Shown here: piece after piece, positions 14,460 to 24,450 of the stretch | How the letters are laid out: every line of letters starts with the position of its first letter | Position numbering within the stretch: the stretch's first letter is position 1 | Source of the DNA: a virus | Taxonomy: Duplodnaviria > Caudoviricetes | IMG/VR virus record: IMGVR_UViG_3300025606_000014 | Location: 1-29,455 of that record | DNA: 29,455 nt | Direction: 5' to 3' (one strand) | The notes under the pieces: generated by a model | Database searches by the model: none | The model's input: only the letters and a program-made list of their open reading frames with translations | What the model was told of the DNA's origin: nothing | Translations under genes and position numbers: made by a program

Positions 14460-17224
14460 CTTGTCATTTCCGATACTTTTTCACCGGCACGTTCAACGCT
14501 AGGATAACCATAACCAACAATAGCGTTTCTAATTAAACGTTGAGACAATGTTGTTCTCATTGCCTCATCTATAGGCATGATAAACACTTCTTCAAGTTTA
14601 CCGATCAATTTGTCTGCTTCTGATTTAGACATAAGATTGCTTGACACCAGATTGTCAGCTAGAAACTTCATGTCTCTAATTGCACCCTTTAGACTTTGGT
14701 CAGCCCTTTCTGCAATAACTTGACCAACAGCACTAGCGAGCTTCTCTTTCCCGCCAGGAGTGCCAGAAATTATAGGAGCAATGGTAGACCACTCTTCACG
14801 AGTTCCACGCAACAAGAAGTCAGCCACACGCTTGGTTTCAACAGCCTTGCCAAGTATCAAGTCTGCTTTTTGCTGTGCTTCTTTAGTAACTGCGCCTGCT
14901 TTTTCAGTCAAAGGTGCTGCACGTTCACCTGCCGCAGTTTCACGAGCGGTTTGTGCCGCAGCAGCTTCTTGTTTAATCCTTGTTGCTTCTTTGCTGACTT
15001 CTCCAGCACTAGCAGTGATGTCAGCTTCTGCTCGTCCTCTAATTCGTTCTGCCGCACGTTCTCCACGCTCTTCAATCTTTGGCGGCAACTCTGCTGCTTG
15101 ACGTTCTAACTTGGCAGCAGCGGTTTCTGCTTTGCGAGTTACACCGCCTGCTTCTCTTGCAGCTCTGCTTGCCAAGGTTTCGGCTTGTCTTCCAGCCGCA
15201 GTAGGTAACGTACCCATTTCGGTACGCAATGCTTCTGCAAGTTTCCCTCTTTTCTTCCCAACACGCTCAACAATACCTGCCTGTTGTGCAAGTGTATTGA
15301 GTTCTTGTTCAAGAGCAGGAAACTTACCTATCCAGTCAGAAATGTTCTTGTCCTGGATTACAGACAAGATTTCTTTAGGAGTTCCACTCTTGATCTTGTT
15401 GGCAAGGAAAGATCTTGCTAATTGCTCTGTTGCTTGAGGACCGGCTATTTTGGTGAGCTGGTCTACGCTACCTGCGCTGTAGAACGCTTTGTCTGCAAGA
15501 GCAAACTCATCAATAGCGTATTTGCCAAAGTCTGTTTCGGACTTGCCAAGAATTGCTTGACCAAGTTTGCTCTTGAAATCATTCAGTGGTTGAGAATCGG
15601 ACTTGTACTGCTCTAGGTACTTGCCAAACCCAGGTGAAAACTCTCTTTGGATCTTCTCAATAGATTCAGCAAGATCACCAGCACGTTGCTGGCCTATGGC
15701 ATCGTAGCCTTCTGCTGGAAGTCCAAATGCACGGTCGCGCAACTGCCGTCTCATGTTCTCCAGCGCTTGGAAACTCAGAGGCGTGTAAATAATAGTTTCG
15801 TTACCTGCTTCATCTTCAACTTTCCTGCCAACACCGCGCCTGATCACATCTCTAATAGCAGTTAAACCCTTGAGTTCGTCAGGACCAACATTAAGCAATC
15901 CGGTTTCTGCGTTTTTTACTTTATTGTCAATTGACGAAATTGCTTCTTTATATGCTTTGGTCTCTTGATATCTTTTGCCAGACTTTTCTTTGGCAGCAGC
16001 TTCATCAAATGCTGCTGTCTTGAGTTTCTGTACGTTACCTTCTCTGATTCCTTTTAGACGGGTGAATTCATCATTGAAGAATTGACGGATAGAACCGCCT
16101 AGTTCAGACGGTTTACGCTTTTCTCCAACAGCACCAGTTTTTTCTTGTACGGCAGCAGCCCTTCCTTTCGCTGATTCTCCCAAGCGATCACGCAACCCCT
16201 CCATACGGGTCACACGTTTCTGGGCATCGTTAACAATCTTGCTGGCCTCTTGATCTGCTGTGGTCAAGATTGCCGTAGCTTCTTTGTCTGCCTGGGTACG
16301 AAGTTCTGGGGCTTGGGTAGCAGCCTTATCTCTAACTGCTTGGGCTAACTTCTTAGCCTGATCTCGTAGATTGTTAGCCTCTGTCTCTGCACCAGCCCTC
16401 ATCTTGTCAGCAGACGCATTGAATTGGCTTTGCAACCGGCTAATCCTAGCCGCAGTCTCTGCTGATGCTGGTCCAGCCTGCGCTTGGGCTTGTGCAATCA
16501 GATCGTTTGCTTGACGCTGTAGATCTGTTGACTGTGTTTCTGCCTGACGCAAGATGTTGTCTGCGCCTTGACGGAACATAGCAAACACATCTTTGGCTGG
16601 CTGGAAAGACTCAGCACCACCACGGATGGCATTTAATTTTTCATTAATAAACTGTTGTTGCTGTGCAGAGAGATTGAGTTCTTTAATCCCTTTCTCTTCT
16701 GCAACAGATCCAAGAGTTCGCAAAGCACTTCCAAGAGGAGTGCCGGTAACTCGGTTTATTAAACCCGTCAAGCCAGTTGTCCTGGCAACAGCCCTTGCAG
16801 GAGCGGCCACCGCCTCTGGGCCTAGCATCCCGCCTGCAAACCTTGCGGCTTCTGCCGTTAAAGGTTTTGCACCGGCTGCTTCTGCTGCTTGACCAGCAGT
16901 TTCTCCTACTGCTCCACCAAACGCACCAGCGGCTGCGCTACCAAGCCTAGCGCCACGCAATGCTTGCCCAGATCCAAACAAGAAAGGAGCGGCAGGGGCA
17001 GTGACAGGAAAAGCGGCAGCAATACCGCCCAGTCCAGTAAGAATTTCTGGAGCAAAAGCTCCTGCTACGCCACCGACTCCAGCTTCTGTTAAAACCTTGC
17101 GTCCACGTTCTAGTATTCCAGGCTCTTCATCCACTGGGCCAGCAGGAAGCTCTCTCCTTGGCTCATCAAACTTTAATGTGCCAGAAGATTTCTTTGACGG
17201 TTCGTCTTCAAATTTAAGAGCCAT
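14456..17224 (-). CDS. Large internal virion / DNA ejection protein
   Basis: 922 aa, Ala/Glu/Lys helical with a Gly/Ala hydrophobic N-terminal stretch; last of four large genes after the tail genes. Confidence 0.65.
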   Translation of the reverse strand: MALKFEDEPSKKSSGTLKFDEPRRELPAGPVDEEPGILERGRKVLTEAGVGGVAGAFAPEILTGLGGIAAAFPVTAPAAPFLFGSGQALRGARLGSAAAGAFGGAVGETAGQAAEAAGAKPLTAEAARFAGGMLGPEAVAAPARAVARTTGLTGLINRVTGTPLGSALRTLGSVAEEKGIKELNLSAQQQQFINEKLNAIRGGAESFQPAKDVFAMFRQGADNILRQAETQSTDLQRQANDLIAQAQAQAGPASAETAARISRLQSQFNASADKMRAGAETEANNLRDQAKKLAQAVRDKAATQAPELRTQADKEATAILTTADQEASKIVNDAQKRVTRMEGLRDRLGESAKGRAAAVQEKTGAVGEKRKPSELGGSIRQFFNDEFTRLKGIREGNVQKLKTAAFDEAAAKEKSGKRYQETKAYKEAISSIDNKVKNAETGLLNVGPDELKGLTAIRDVIRRGVGRKVEDEAGNETIIYTPLSFQALENMRRQLRDRAFGLPAEGYDAIGQQRAGDLAESIEKIQREFSPGFGKYLEQYKSDSQPLNDFKSKLGQAILGKSETDFGKYAIDEFALADKAFYSAGSVDQLTKIAGPQATEQLARSFLANKIKSGTPKEILSVIQDKNISDWIGKFPALEQELNTLAQQAGIVERVGKKRGKLAEALRTEMGTLPTAAGRQAETLASRAAREAGGVTRKAETAAAKLERQAAELPPKIEERGERAAERIRGRAEADITASAGEVSKEATRIKQEAAAAQTARETAAGERAAPLTEKAGAVTKEAQQKADLILGKAVETKRVADFLLRGTREEWSTIAPIISGTPGGKEKLASAVGQVIAERADQSLKGAIRDMKFLADNLVSSNLMSKSEADKLIGKLEEVFIMPIDEAMRTTLSQRLIRNAIVGYGYPSVERAGEKVSEMTR

Positions 17225-17227
17225 TTG

Positions 17228-18841
17228 TTACTCTGCTTGGTGAACGGCATTTCTGCCAGCAACTCTTACTTTTTGACCGTTTTTCAAAGTATTCTTGGCT
17301 TTTTCGTATTCTTCCATTGTTGCAAAATCTACTCTTCCTTCTGCGAGTCTTTCTTGCAACGCTTTTGGAACTTTGTATGTTGCTTGGAAATCTTTAATAG
17401 ATTCTTCAACAGAACCCAATCCAATTTCAAGTTTCTGTCTTGCTCTTTCTGCTGTGTCTCCGGGTTGTGCAACAACACCGTAGTTACGCAATGCCTCACC
17501 ACCAGTAACTGCTTTACCAGAAGTGTCTAGATAGTATTTGTTCCTTACACTTCTTACTTTCAAAAGGAAAGATTGAAGTTCTGGAGGAAGTTTTTTTGCA
17601 AGTAGTTGATCAAATACTTTGCTTTCTTCTGTCAAGAATGCATAAGCACGATTATCATCTATTTGCTTTATAAGCGTTGGGTTTTGTAAGTCATCAATAA
17701 GAGATGACATATCACCCTGCAATTTACGAGTGTCTCTCAAGGTTCTAGCCTCAACAGCACCCATTTTTTGACGGTCATCATCTTCTTTTTGACCAGACTT
17801 CAACTCTTTTCTCAAGTTGAACATCTCTCTCTGAAAACTTTCAGATCGTGCAATATCACTTAATTTTTCTTGTCTTCTTTCTCCAGCTCTAATTGCTTGA
17901 TCTTCTCTGCGTTCTTGTTCTCTTCTTGTTCTTTCTTGTTCTTGGTATTGAACTCTTTCTTGAGCAGCTTGTGCAACCGCTGCTTTCTCTTTGCTAGAAA
18001 ACCACTCTTTTTCTAATGTGGCTTTGTAAGCATCTTCTTTCTTTTGCAGTGCATCAAGGACCGTTTCCAGTCTTTTCTTGTTAGACCGCAATTGTTCTAA
18101 CGTAGAAACAAGACCGTACTTGTCAATGTTGGCGTTGATAAAAGAAGCATCACGCTCAAGAGCAGCAATCTTGGCATTCCGTGTTGCGGCTTCAAGATTC
18201 CCTTTATTCTGTTCAATTTCGTAATTGAAAGCCTTTTCAAGAGAATCAAGCGTGTTCCTGAGAGCCTTTTGATTGGTCTCAAACACTGCACGTTGGTCTT
18301 TGGCGTACTGATCTCTGCCCTTTGCGTACCCTTCTGCCATGCCATTCATAGCAGATAGCGCAGCCTTGGCAGTGTTCTTGTTGTTCCCGCCTAGCAGGAA
18401 CCCAGCAGCACCAATAATGCTAAACACAGCAGCAAGAGTTTGAGCATTCTGCTGGTCAGGATTGAACGTAGACTTTTCTGCTAGTTCTCGACTCTTTTCT
18501 TGAATGTTCTTGTAAGTAGGTGATTCGTAAAGGCTTTTCTCTAATGCCTTCTTGGATTCATCAAGTTCACGCAGACCCTGTGCTTCAGACTCTGCCTTTT
18601 GCTTTGCCTGCTGCGCTTGAAATTGACCTTGTTCAGCCAGGTTCTTGATGATATCGGCGTCTAGTTTTTCTGTCTTGACGCCAATTTCAGCACGTTGTTT
18701 TTCAATTGCAGGACGCGGATCTGCTGGCCTTTCGATATCAGGGAAGCCCGTTTGATTTGCAGCAGCAGGCTTTTCTTTTACAGCACCGCCTGTATAAGAA
18801 GAAAGACCTAGCGGATTGTTGATCAAATCAGGCACAGCCAT
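17228..18841 (-). CDS. Internal virion / ejection protein (coiled-coil)
   Basis: 537 aa, charged coiled coils and one hydrophobic segment (LAAVFSIIGAAGFLLGG). Confidence 0.6.
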   Translation of the reverse strand: MAVPDLINNPLGLSSYTGGAVKEKPAAANQTGFPDIERPADPRPAIEKQRAEIGVKTEKLDADIIKNLAEQGQFQAQQAKQKAESEAQGLRELDESKKALEKSLYESPTYKNIQEKSRELAEKSTFNPDQQNAQTLAAVFSIIGAAGFLLGGNNKNTAKAALSAMNGMAEGYAKGRDQYAKDQRAVFETNQKALRNTLDSLEKAFNYEIEQNKGNLEAATRNAKIAALERDASFINANIDKYGLVSTLEQLRSNKKRLETVLDALQKKEDAYKATLEKEWFSSKEKAAVAQAAQERVQYQEQERTRREQERREDQAIRAGERRQEKLSDIARSESFQREMFNLRKELKSGQKEDDDRQKMGAVEARTLRDTRKLQGDMSSLIDDLQNPTLIKQIDDNRAYAFLTEESKVFDQLLAKKLPPELQSFLLKVRSVRNKYYLDTSGKAVTGGEALRNYGVVAQPGDTAERARQKLEIGLGSVEESIKDFQATYKVPKALQERLAEGRVDFATMEEYEKAKNTLKNGQKVRVAGRNAVHQAE

Positions 18842-18843
18842 GA

Positions 18844-19848
18844 TTACGCCTTTGCAGGTTGAGTTGCCTGAACAATCGTTGGCGCAGCCAAACGAGTGAG
18901 GTTTCCGTAGTAGTTGCTGAACAGATTGTTGATCTCTGCATCAGCACGGATGCCCTCTTGGATGGCTTTGGCCGTGTACTGATCGCCAATACCAGACAAC
19001 TTTAACCCAAAGTCCTGCTGTGCTGCCAACAGACGGTTACGCAAATCTTCTTCTGCTCTCTGCTGCTGGGCGATACCTACGCCACCACGGGCAACACCAG
19101 CCTGGGCGGCACGAGCGCGTTGTGCCTCTAAAGCCTGCTGGTTAACCGGGGTCAACTCACCACGAGCAGCAGCGGCTTGCTCTGCCAAACCACGTTGTTG
19201 GTAAGGCGCTCCTATGTCACGGATCTGCTGTGCTGCTTGCTGTGCACCCTGACGAGCCTTGCGAGCTGTCAGTGCAGTCTGTAGACCACCTAGTGCACCT
19301 AGCCCCAGACGAGCCTTGTCACCACCTTGCAGGGACTCCAAGAAACTTTTCTCTGCTGGTGCACCTGCTCCGGTCCTGAGTGGTTCAGCAGCAATCCGTT
19401 CTTGAGTGACATCAAACGGTTGAACCGTCGCTAGCCGTGAAGTGTCTGGCAGTTGACCAAAGGATTGAGGAATAGGACCTGCACCGTATGCTTGGTCAAA
19501 ATAAGGAGTTCCACGCTGTTGGTCAGCAGTCAGGTCAAGGTTAGACACTGGGAGTGGTGGAGAAAAGATCTGTGGTGCTTCAAATCCAGCCTGTTCCGGT
19601 GAATATGCCCCAACATCTGGAGCAGTGTATCCACCTTGTTCTGGAGAGTAATCAAGACCGTCTTCAAACTCCATAAGCCCGGTCTCTGGGTTGATAGTTC
19701 CAGAACCACCTTGCTCACGCAGGAGTGCAGCCTCACGGGGGTTGATGTGCGCCAGGATCGTATCTCCGTTCCTGCCCTTGTCTTGCAACAGACGAGCAAT
19801 CTTGCGGAGATCTCCACCCATACGGGTCATCTTGCGTAGTTCACTCAT
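18844..19848 (-). CDS. Internal virion / ejection protein
   Basis: GRNGDTILAHINPREAALL...GGSGTINPETGLMEF motif common in podophage virion genes; Gln/Ala-rich C-terminus. Confidence 0.65.
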   Translation of the reverse strand: MSELRKMTRMGGDLRKIARLLQDKGRNGDTILAHINPREAALLREQGGSGTINPETGLMEFEDGLDYSPEQGGYTAPDVGAYSPEQAGFEAPQIFSPPLPVSNLDLTADQQRGTPYFDQAYGAGPIPQSFGQLPDTSRLATVQPFDVTQERIAAEPLRTGAGAPAEKSFLESLQGGDKARLGLGALGGLQTALTARKARQGAQQAAQQIRDIGAPYQQRGLAEQAAAARGELTPVNQQALEAQRARAAQAGVARGGVGIAQQQRAEEDLRNRLLAAQQDFGLKLSGIGDQYTAKAIQEGIRADAEINNLFSNYYGNLTRLAAPTIVQATQPAKA

Positions 19849-21693
19849 TTACAACCCCAGAGCATCTTTGAGACGCAGTGATTTCTCATTCCAGACATTT
19901 TGCCTTTCTTTTCCAGACTCTTCACCTTCTATAGCACCCGCTGGCCTGTACGCTGCCAGAGCGTCTGCCAGTAATCGTGCAGGACTAGCCCCCGTGATTA
20001 TAGGCTGTCTACCCGGACGAGCAGGAGGAGGCACACTAGTAACGGTTGGATATAACTTCTTGGTTTCTTTTTTAGGTGCTTCTTCTTTCTTAGGCTCTTC
20101 TGCTTTTACTTCTGGTGCAGCAGGAGCTGAAGGAGGAGGAGCAACCGAAACAGGAGCAAGTTCCGTGGGTGCAAGAGGAACATCAGTGACTACATCAGAA
20201 ACTTTGGGGACTGTTTCTGCAACAGTCACCTTTTCAAAGTCAGCAGTCTTGGGAGGAGTAGGAGCAACAGGTTCAGTTGCAACAGGAGTTGGTTCAGTAG
20301 GAGGAGGAGATATATCAACAAACGGATCAACCGGATAGTTGATGTACTTTGTATCCAAAGCAGGTGGTGGTGCAATGTCTACAAAAGGATCTGTAACGTA
20401 ACCAACGTTTACAGTTCCAAGATCTGCTTGTGGAGGAACCAATCCAGCAGTTGTATCTGGACGTGTTACCGGAACATCAGTAACAACTTCAGATTCTTTT
20501 TCTGGAGTAATTACTGGAGTTGGGAATGGTTGCTCTGGCGTTGGAATAGGAACCGTTTTTGCAGACGGAACCGTTTCACTAGGTACGGTGGTTTCAACGG
20601 GTGCTACATTTGCTACGTTAGCACCCTGACCTTGCACAAGAACTTGCTGCAATGTTTTTTGGTCAACTATTGGTGCCGGTTGTTCAGCAACTTTCTTGAC
20701 CAAATCAAGATCAGTGACTACAGGAGAAACAACAGGAACAGCTTCTGCAACTGTTTGTGGCGGGATAACAGGACCAGCAGGAGCAGCGCCAGCAGCAACA
20801 TCTGCGGCGTAATCTTGTTTGATCTCGTTGAATGTGTCTGCACTAAGAATTCTTACGTTGCCAGACTGCGTAGTGACCTTTGCGGTCCCGTCATCCAACT
20901 CTTGGTAAGTGTCATTGCCGTATTGGAACGGAGCAGCGCCTGGGGCTGGTTGTGCAGTAGTCGTTTTTGCGTAGGTCGTAGGTTTATCAAGCGTACCTAT
21001 AGCCGTTGCCGCTGTATTCAACAGCGTCTGATCAACATTCCCACCTGTTGCTATATACGTCCTAGCAGCAGTTCCTATGATCTGCCCTGCATCAGGGTTA
21101 GGCACAACGTCTTGTACGCCAGCTCCGACCCCGGCAGCAAATGCGTTGGTCAAGATCTGATCGCTAGTTCCACCTTTGATGAGGGTTCCAGCGGTAGAAC
21201 CTGTAACAGCACCAGTAATGCCGCCGCCCATTCCGACGTTTAGACCTGAAGCAACTCCAGCCCCCGCAGCGGCTTTGAGGACATCTTCTACGCTTCCACC
21301 AGACGCAGCAGTAGTCGCAGCAGACAAAGCGGCAGCGCCAACCCCTGCTGTAACGGCAGCAGACGCACCTGTAATTCCAGCAGAAGAAAGAATTCCTGCG
21401 CCAATAGCAGTGCCAACGCCAGGAATCAACATAGGAACAACGGCGAGAGCAGCAGGAAGAATACTGCCAAGCCATTTGTCGGAACCACCTGACTGTTCCA
21501 AATACCGTTGAGCAACGCTGTAGTCAATAGGCAGTTGATTCTTCTTGGCAAGTTCATATGCCGCTATTTCTTGGGCATTTTGCTCTGGCGTCAGTTCAAC
21601 AACAGGTTGTGAACGCTGACTCTCTTCGTAGTCGTACTCAAACGTCCCCGGTTCGTAGGGATTGTAGAAGTTACCGTCTGCGTCATAAGCCAT
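19849..21693 (-). CDS. Putative virion/ejection protein with Gly-Ala hydrophobic and Pro/Val/Thr-rich regions
   Basis: 614 aa; IPGVGTAIGAG...AAAGAG glycine-zipper-like stretch and a long Pro-rich C-terminal half. Confidence 0.6.
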   Translation of the reverse strand: MAYDADGNFYNPYEPGTFEYDYEESQRSQPVVELTPEQNAQEIAAYELAKKNQLPIDYSVAQRYLEQSGGSDKWLGSILPAALAVVPMLIPGVGTAIGAGILSSAGITGASAAVTAGVGAAALSAATTAASGGSVEDVLKAAAGAGVASGLNVGMGGGITGAVTGSTAGTLIKGGTSDQILTNAFAAGVGAGVQDVVPNPDAGQIIGTAARTYIATGGNVDQTLLNTAATAIGTLDKPTTYAKTTTAQPAPGAAPFQYGNDTYQELDDGTAKVTTQSGNVRILSADTFNEIKQDYAADVAAGAAPAGPVIPPQTVAEAVPVVSPVVTDLDLVKKVAEQPAPIVDQKTLQQVLVQGQGANVANVAPVETTVPSETVPSAKTVPIPTPEQPFPTPVITPEKESEVVTDVPVTRPDTTAGLVPPQADLGTVNVGYVTDPFVDIAPPPALDTKYINYPVDPFVDISPPPTEPTPVATEPVAPTPPKTADFEKVTVAETVPKVSDVVTDVPLAPTELAPVSVAPPPSAPAAPEVKAEEPKKEEAPKKETKKLYPTVTSVPPPARPGRQPIITGASPARLLADALAAYRPAGAIEGEESGKERQNVWNEKSLRLKDALGL

Positions 21694-21944
21694 TACGCAC
21701 CCCCTGCCATAGCGCCCATAGACGCAAGCGCAGCCAAGGTCATGTAGTTGACCTGCTCTGGTAACTCTTTCTCTGTGAGGATCTGTGCGCTCAACAACTG
21801 TTCACGCAGGAGTGCATACAGGCTCTGGTCCCGTATAGCCTCCTGTGCCATCTGACCTATAGACGCCATCGTCCTGGCATCCAGCCCATACTGCTGCATG
21901 AACTGCTGGGTAGCGGCCTGTGCTTGTTCCAGTTGTGGGTCCAT
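21693..21944 (-). CDS. Hypothetical protein
   Basis: 83 aa, TAATG-coupled. Confidence 0.65.
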   Translation of the reverse strand: MDPQLEQAQAATQQFMQQYGLDARTMASIGQMAQEAIRDQSLYALLREQLLSAQILTEKELPEQVNYMTLAALASMGAMAGGA

Positions 21945-22282
21945 TACAGGTTCAACACCTTAACAATCTGTTGATGGATGCTCAAATGTACTCCTATCCA
22001 ATCATAGAAGTCATCTTCTACGTTCCAATCTGCGTTGATCAACTGAAAAGGATTGTCTAGGTTCAGTTGACTTGCCAATCTTTCATGTTCTTGGTTGTGA
22101 ACAAACAACCAGTCATCTAGGTTATCCGGGTCTGCGTCTATCAAAGGATATTGAGGTATCAGAATTCCCTTGTCTGCCAACTGCTCGTAGAACAAACGGT
22201 GCTGTACACCGTTCTCAAACAACATCCTGCCTAACCCGTCTACGTCACCAAACTCCACATACGATAAATTATCCATATCCAT
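21944..22282 (-). CDS. Hypothetical acidic protein with repeated W..(V)H...H motifs
   Basis: DWLFVHNQEH and DWIGVHLSIH; lies in the late operon. Confidence 0.7.
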   Translation of the reverse strand: MDMDNLSYVEFGDVDGLGRMLFENGVQHRLFYEQLADKGILIPQYPLIDADPDNLDDWLFVHNQEHERLASQLNLDNPFQLINADWNVEDDFYDWIGVHLSIHQQIVKVLNL

Positions 22283-22288
22283 AGCGTG

Positions 22289-22597
22289 TCATTTTTTCAG
22301 TCGTTCTTCCAAGATGACAATACGCTCACGATTGACATGGATAAGATCCCTGTTTGCTTGGATCTCTTTCTCAAGATCCTGACGTAATTTCTCTCTTGCT
22401 AGTTCAGCACCAGAATTAACTGCCTGTTTGTTGTCACTAGTGACCACAAGAGAGATCTTGGCATTCAACACGGTTACGTCATGCGTGAGTTTGTCTAACG
22501 CAGACATCAGGTACACGACACAGGTGAAAAGAATGGGAAGCACTGCAAACGCCGTTTTCTCAATAAGCTGAGACTTTGCTTCCAGTTTTTCAGTCAT
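22289..22597 (-). CDS. Membrane-anchored coiled-coil protein
   Basis: N-terminal TM AFAVLPILFTCVVYLM followed by a coiled coil. Confidence 0.65.
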   Translation of the reverse strand: MTEKLEAKSQLIEKTAFAVLPILFTCVVYLMSALDKLTHDVTVLNAKISLVVTSDNKQAVNSGAELAREKLRQDLEKEIQANRDLIHVNRERIVILEERLKK

Positions 22598-22791
22598 AGT
22601 CCTAACAACTTCTTAACAAAGTCTGCTGCTACACCTGGACCAAACAACACCGCTACCATCACTGCGTAGAGAAGGTACTCAATTTTGGTCATCCGCTTAT
22701 CACCTGCGGATAATGAATCAGAAATCTTCCCGTATCTTTCGGAGCAAATTGCCTCGTGCACGGCTAGTTTGGTTTCAGTTGTATCAGACAT
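22594..22791 (-). CDS. Small coiled-coil + TM protein (XhlA/holin-like)
   Basis: HEAICSERY...RMTKIEYLLYAVMVAVLFGPG. Confidence 0.65.
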   Translation of the reverse strand: MSDTTETKLAVHEAICSERYGKISDSLSAGDKRMTKIEYLLYAVMVAVLFGPGVAADFVKKLLGL

Positions 22792-23146
22792 TTACCACCC
22801 ATGACGTAGTGGCCTCGTCCCAGTTGTACAACTGACCATCTGTTGGCATTGGAACAGGAGAATCCCACAAACAAGTATCTTCGTTCAAAACCCAAGACGG
22901 GAACGGTTGTGGCGGGATAAAAGCGTCTCGGGTTACGTCGTAGGTGTAGCCAATACCAGCATAGTTTTTACGGATGTTTCCGTTGTAACTGGTCTGTTTC
23001 CACAACGGATACCCACCAGACCAATCTACAAGAAACTGAATCCCCTTGGTTTCAGATTCAACACCGTCTTGAAGTAATTCATTGTTGTGAACAGCATTCA
23101 CTTCAATCACAACATTGTTTTCATCAAGTTTTGCAAAATGAGCCAT
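22784..23146 (-). CDS. Tail-fibre-associated protein
   Basis: MAHFAKLDENNVV...WKQTSYNGNIRKNYAGIGYTYD...FIPPQPFPSW, a family that usually follows Gly-rich tail genes; start 23146. Confidence 0.75.
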   Translation of the reverse strand: MAHFAKLDENNVVIEVNAVHNNELLQDGVESETKGIQFLVDWSGGYPLWKQTSYNGNIRKNYAGIGYTYDVTRDAFIPPQPFPSWVLNEDTCLWDSPVPMPTDGQLYNWDEATTSWVVNV

Positions 23147-23154
23147 GTTGTGCC

Positions 23155-24009
23155 TCAGAACGTGATTGAACCGTTGCCGGTCCAAGTGTAGTAACGGTAA
23201 CCACCAGTCGTATTGGTTGATGGAGATCCAGTTGTTGAGGACGCAGCACCGTAAGTATCTGCATAACGAATAATCACAATGCCGTTACTTCCAGATCCAC
23301 CAGTAGTTTGTCCAGCACCACCACCGCTGCCTCTGTTGGCTGGAGAAGCATTTGAACCGGCCACACCGTTTGCTCCCCCATTACCACCAATTGAAGAACC
23401 GCCAGTTCCTGCCGATCCTCCTGTTGAAGTTCCACCGCCACCACCGCCGCCATAAAATGTTCCTAAACTGTTCCAGTTAAGACCTGCGCCGCCATTTCCA
23501 GCAACTCCAGATGTTGCAGTTACACCAACAGCGCCTGCGCCACCACCACCACCACCAGTATAAGCAGTTGAATCAAAACCAGCGCCACCAGTGTTTCCTT
23601 GACCGCTTGTTCCTGCTGCACCTGCTGCACCGTTAGAGCCTCCTCCACCAGAACCACCAGAACTAGCAGCAATTTGAAGTCCATTTTGATGGCCGCCACC
23701 GCCACCGCCACCAGTTGAAGTTATAGAACTGAAAACAGAATTTGAACCAACTGCGCCACCGGGGCTACCTGAAGCTCCTCCAGATCCACCACCGCCCACA
23801 GTTACTGTTATTGGAGTTCCAGAAGTAACAGAAAATCCAGTTGCCGTTCTATATCCACCTGCCCCACCGCCGCCGCCGCACCGTATTCCTCCAGTAGTAA
23901 CGTCAGCCCCGCCGCCGCCGCCTCCAGCAACAACAAGATATTCAACTGTTGGAGGTGCGTTGCCAGCAGCAAGTTTTCCTCCCAACAACGAAAGCATAAT
24001 TCCGCTCAT
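23155..24009 (-). CDS. Glycine-rich tail/receptor-binding protein
   Basis: VEYLVVAGGGGGG...GGGGAGGY...ITVTVGGGG...GSNGIVIIRY; start MSGIML at 24009. Confidence 0.8.
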   Translation of the reverse strand: MSGIMLSLLGGKLAAGNAPPTVEYLVVAGGGGGGADVTTGGIRCGGGGGAGGYRTATGFSVTSGTPITVTVGGGGSGGASGSPGGAVGSNSVFSSITSTGGGGGGGHQNGLQIAASSGGSGGGGSNGAAGAAGTSGQGNTGGAGFDSTAYTGGGGGGAGAVGVTATSGVAGNGGAGLNWNSLGTFYGGGGGGGTSTGGSAGTGGSSIGGNGGANGVAGSNASPANRGSGGGAGQTTGGSGSNGIVIIRYADTYGAASSTTGSPSTNTTGGYRYYTWTGNGSITF

Positions 24010-24440
24010 TACGCGCTCGCATTTCCGGTAAGGACACAACCAGTAGATGAGAAAAACAATACTGTTGCCACTCCTCTGGTCGAAAGATTTGCAGTTCCTA
24101 AAACGGTGTTAGTACCTGCCACATAAGCAGTGGTAGTAGACAAGGTGATAGCAATGTTGCCAGTCGTGTTGTTGTAGATAGAAACCAAATCACCTTCTGA
24201 AAAAGTAGAGTTTGGAACAACAATAGAACCGCTGGTTCCTACTTGAACGTATTTGCCAACATCAGCAGTAGTCAGCGTATAACTGGCAGTCTTGGTTCCA
24301 ACAGGAGGAGCGTTAAGATAACCAAGCGTTACAGCATCTGCTTGCGGCAACGTCTGGGTAATCGTAGTGCTGATATTGGCAGACTGTAGCGTTTGGACGC
24401 CAGTGTTGGCCGCATTGCCTTGAAGTTTAAGAGAACTCAT
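24009..24440 (-). CDS. Short tail-fibre-like protein
   Basis: LGYLNAP...YTLTTADVGK...FSEGDLVSIYN; Thr/Ser/Asn-rich; start MSSLKLQG. Confidence 0.7.
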   Translation of the reverse strand: MSSLKLQGNAANTGVQTLQSANISTTITQTLPQADAVTLGYLNAPPVGTKTASYTLTTADVGKYVQVGTSGSIVVPNSTFSEGDLVSIYNNTTGNIAITLSTTTAYVAGTNTVLGTANLSTRGVATVLFFSSTGCVLTGNASA

Positions 24441-24450
24441 TTTTGATCCT

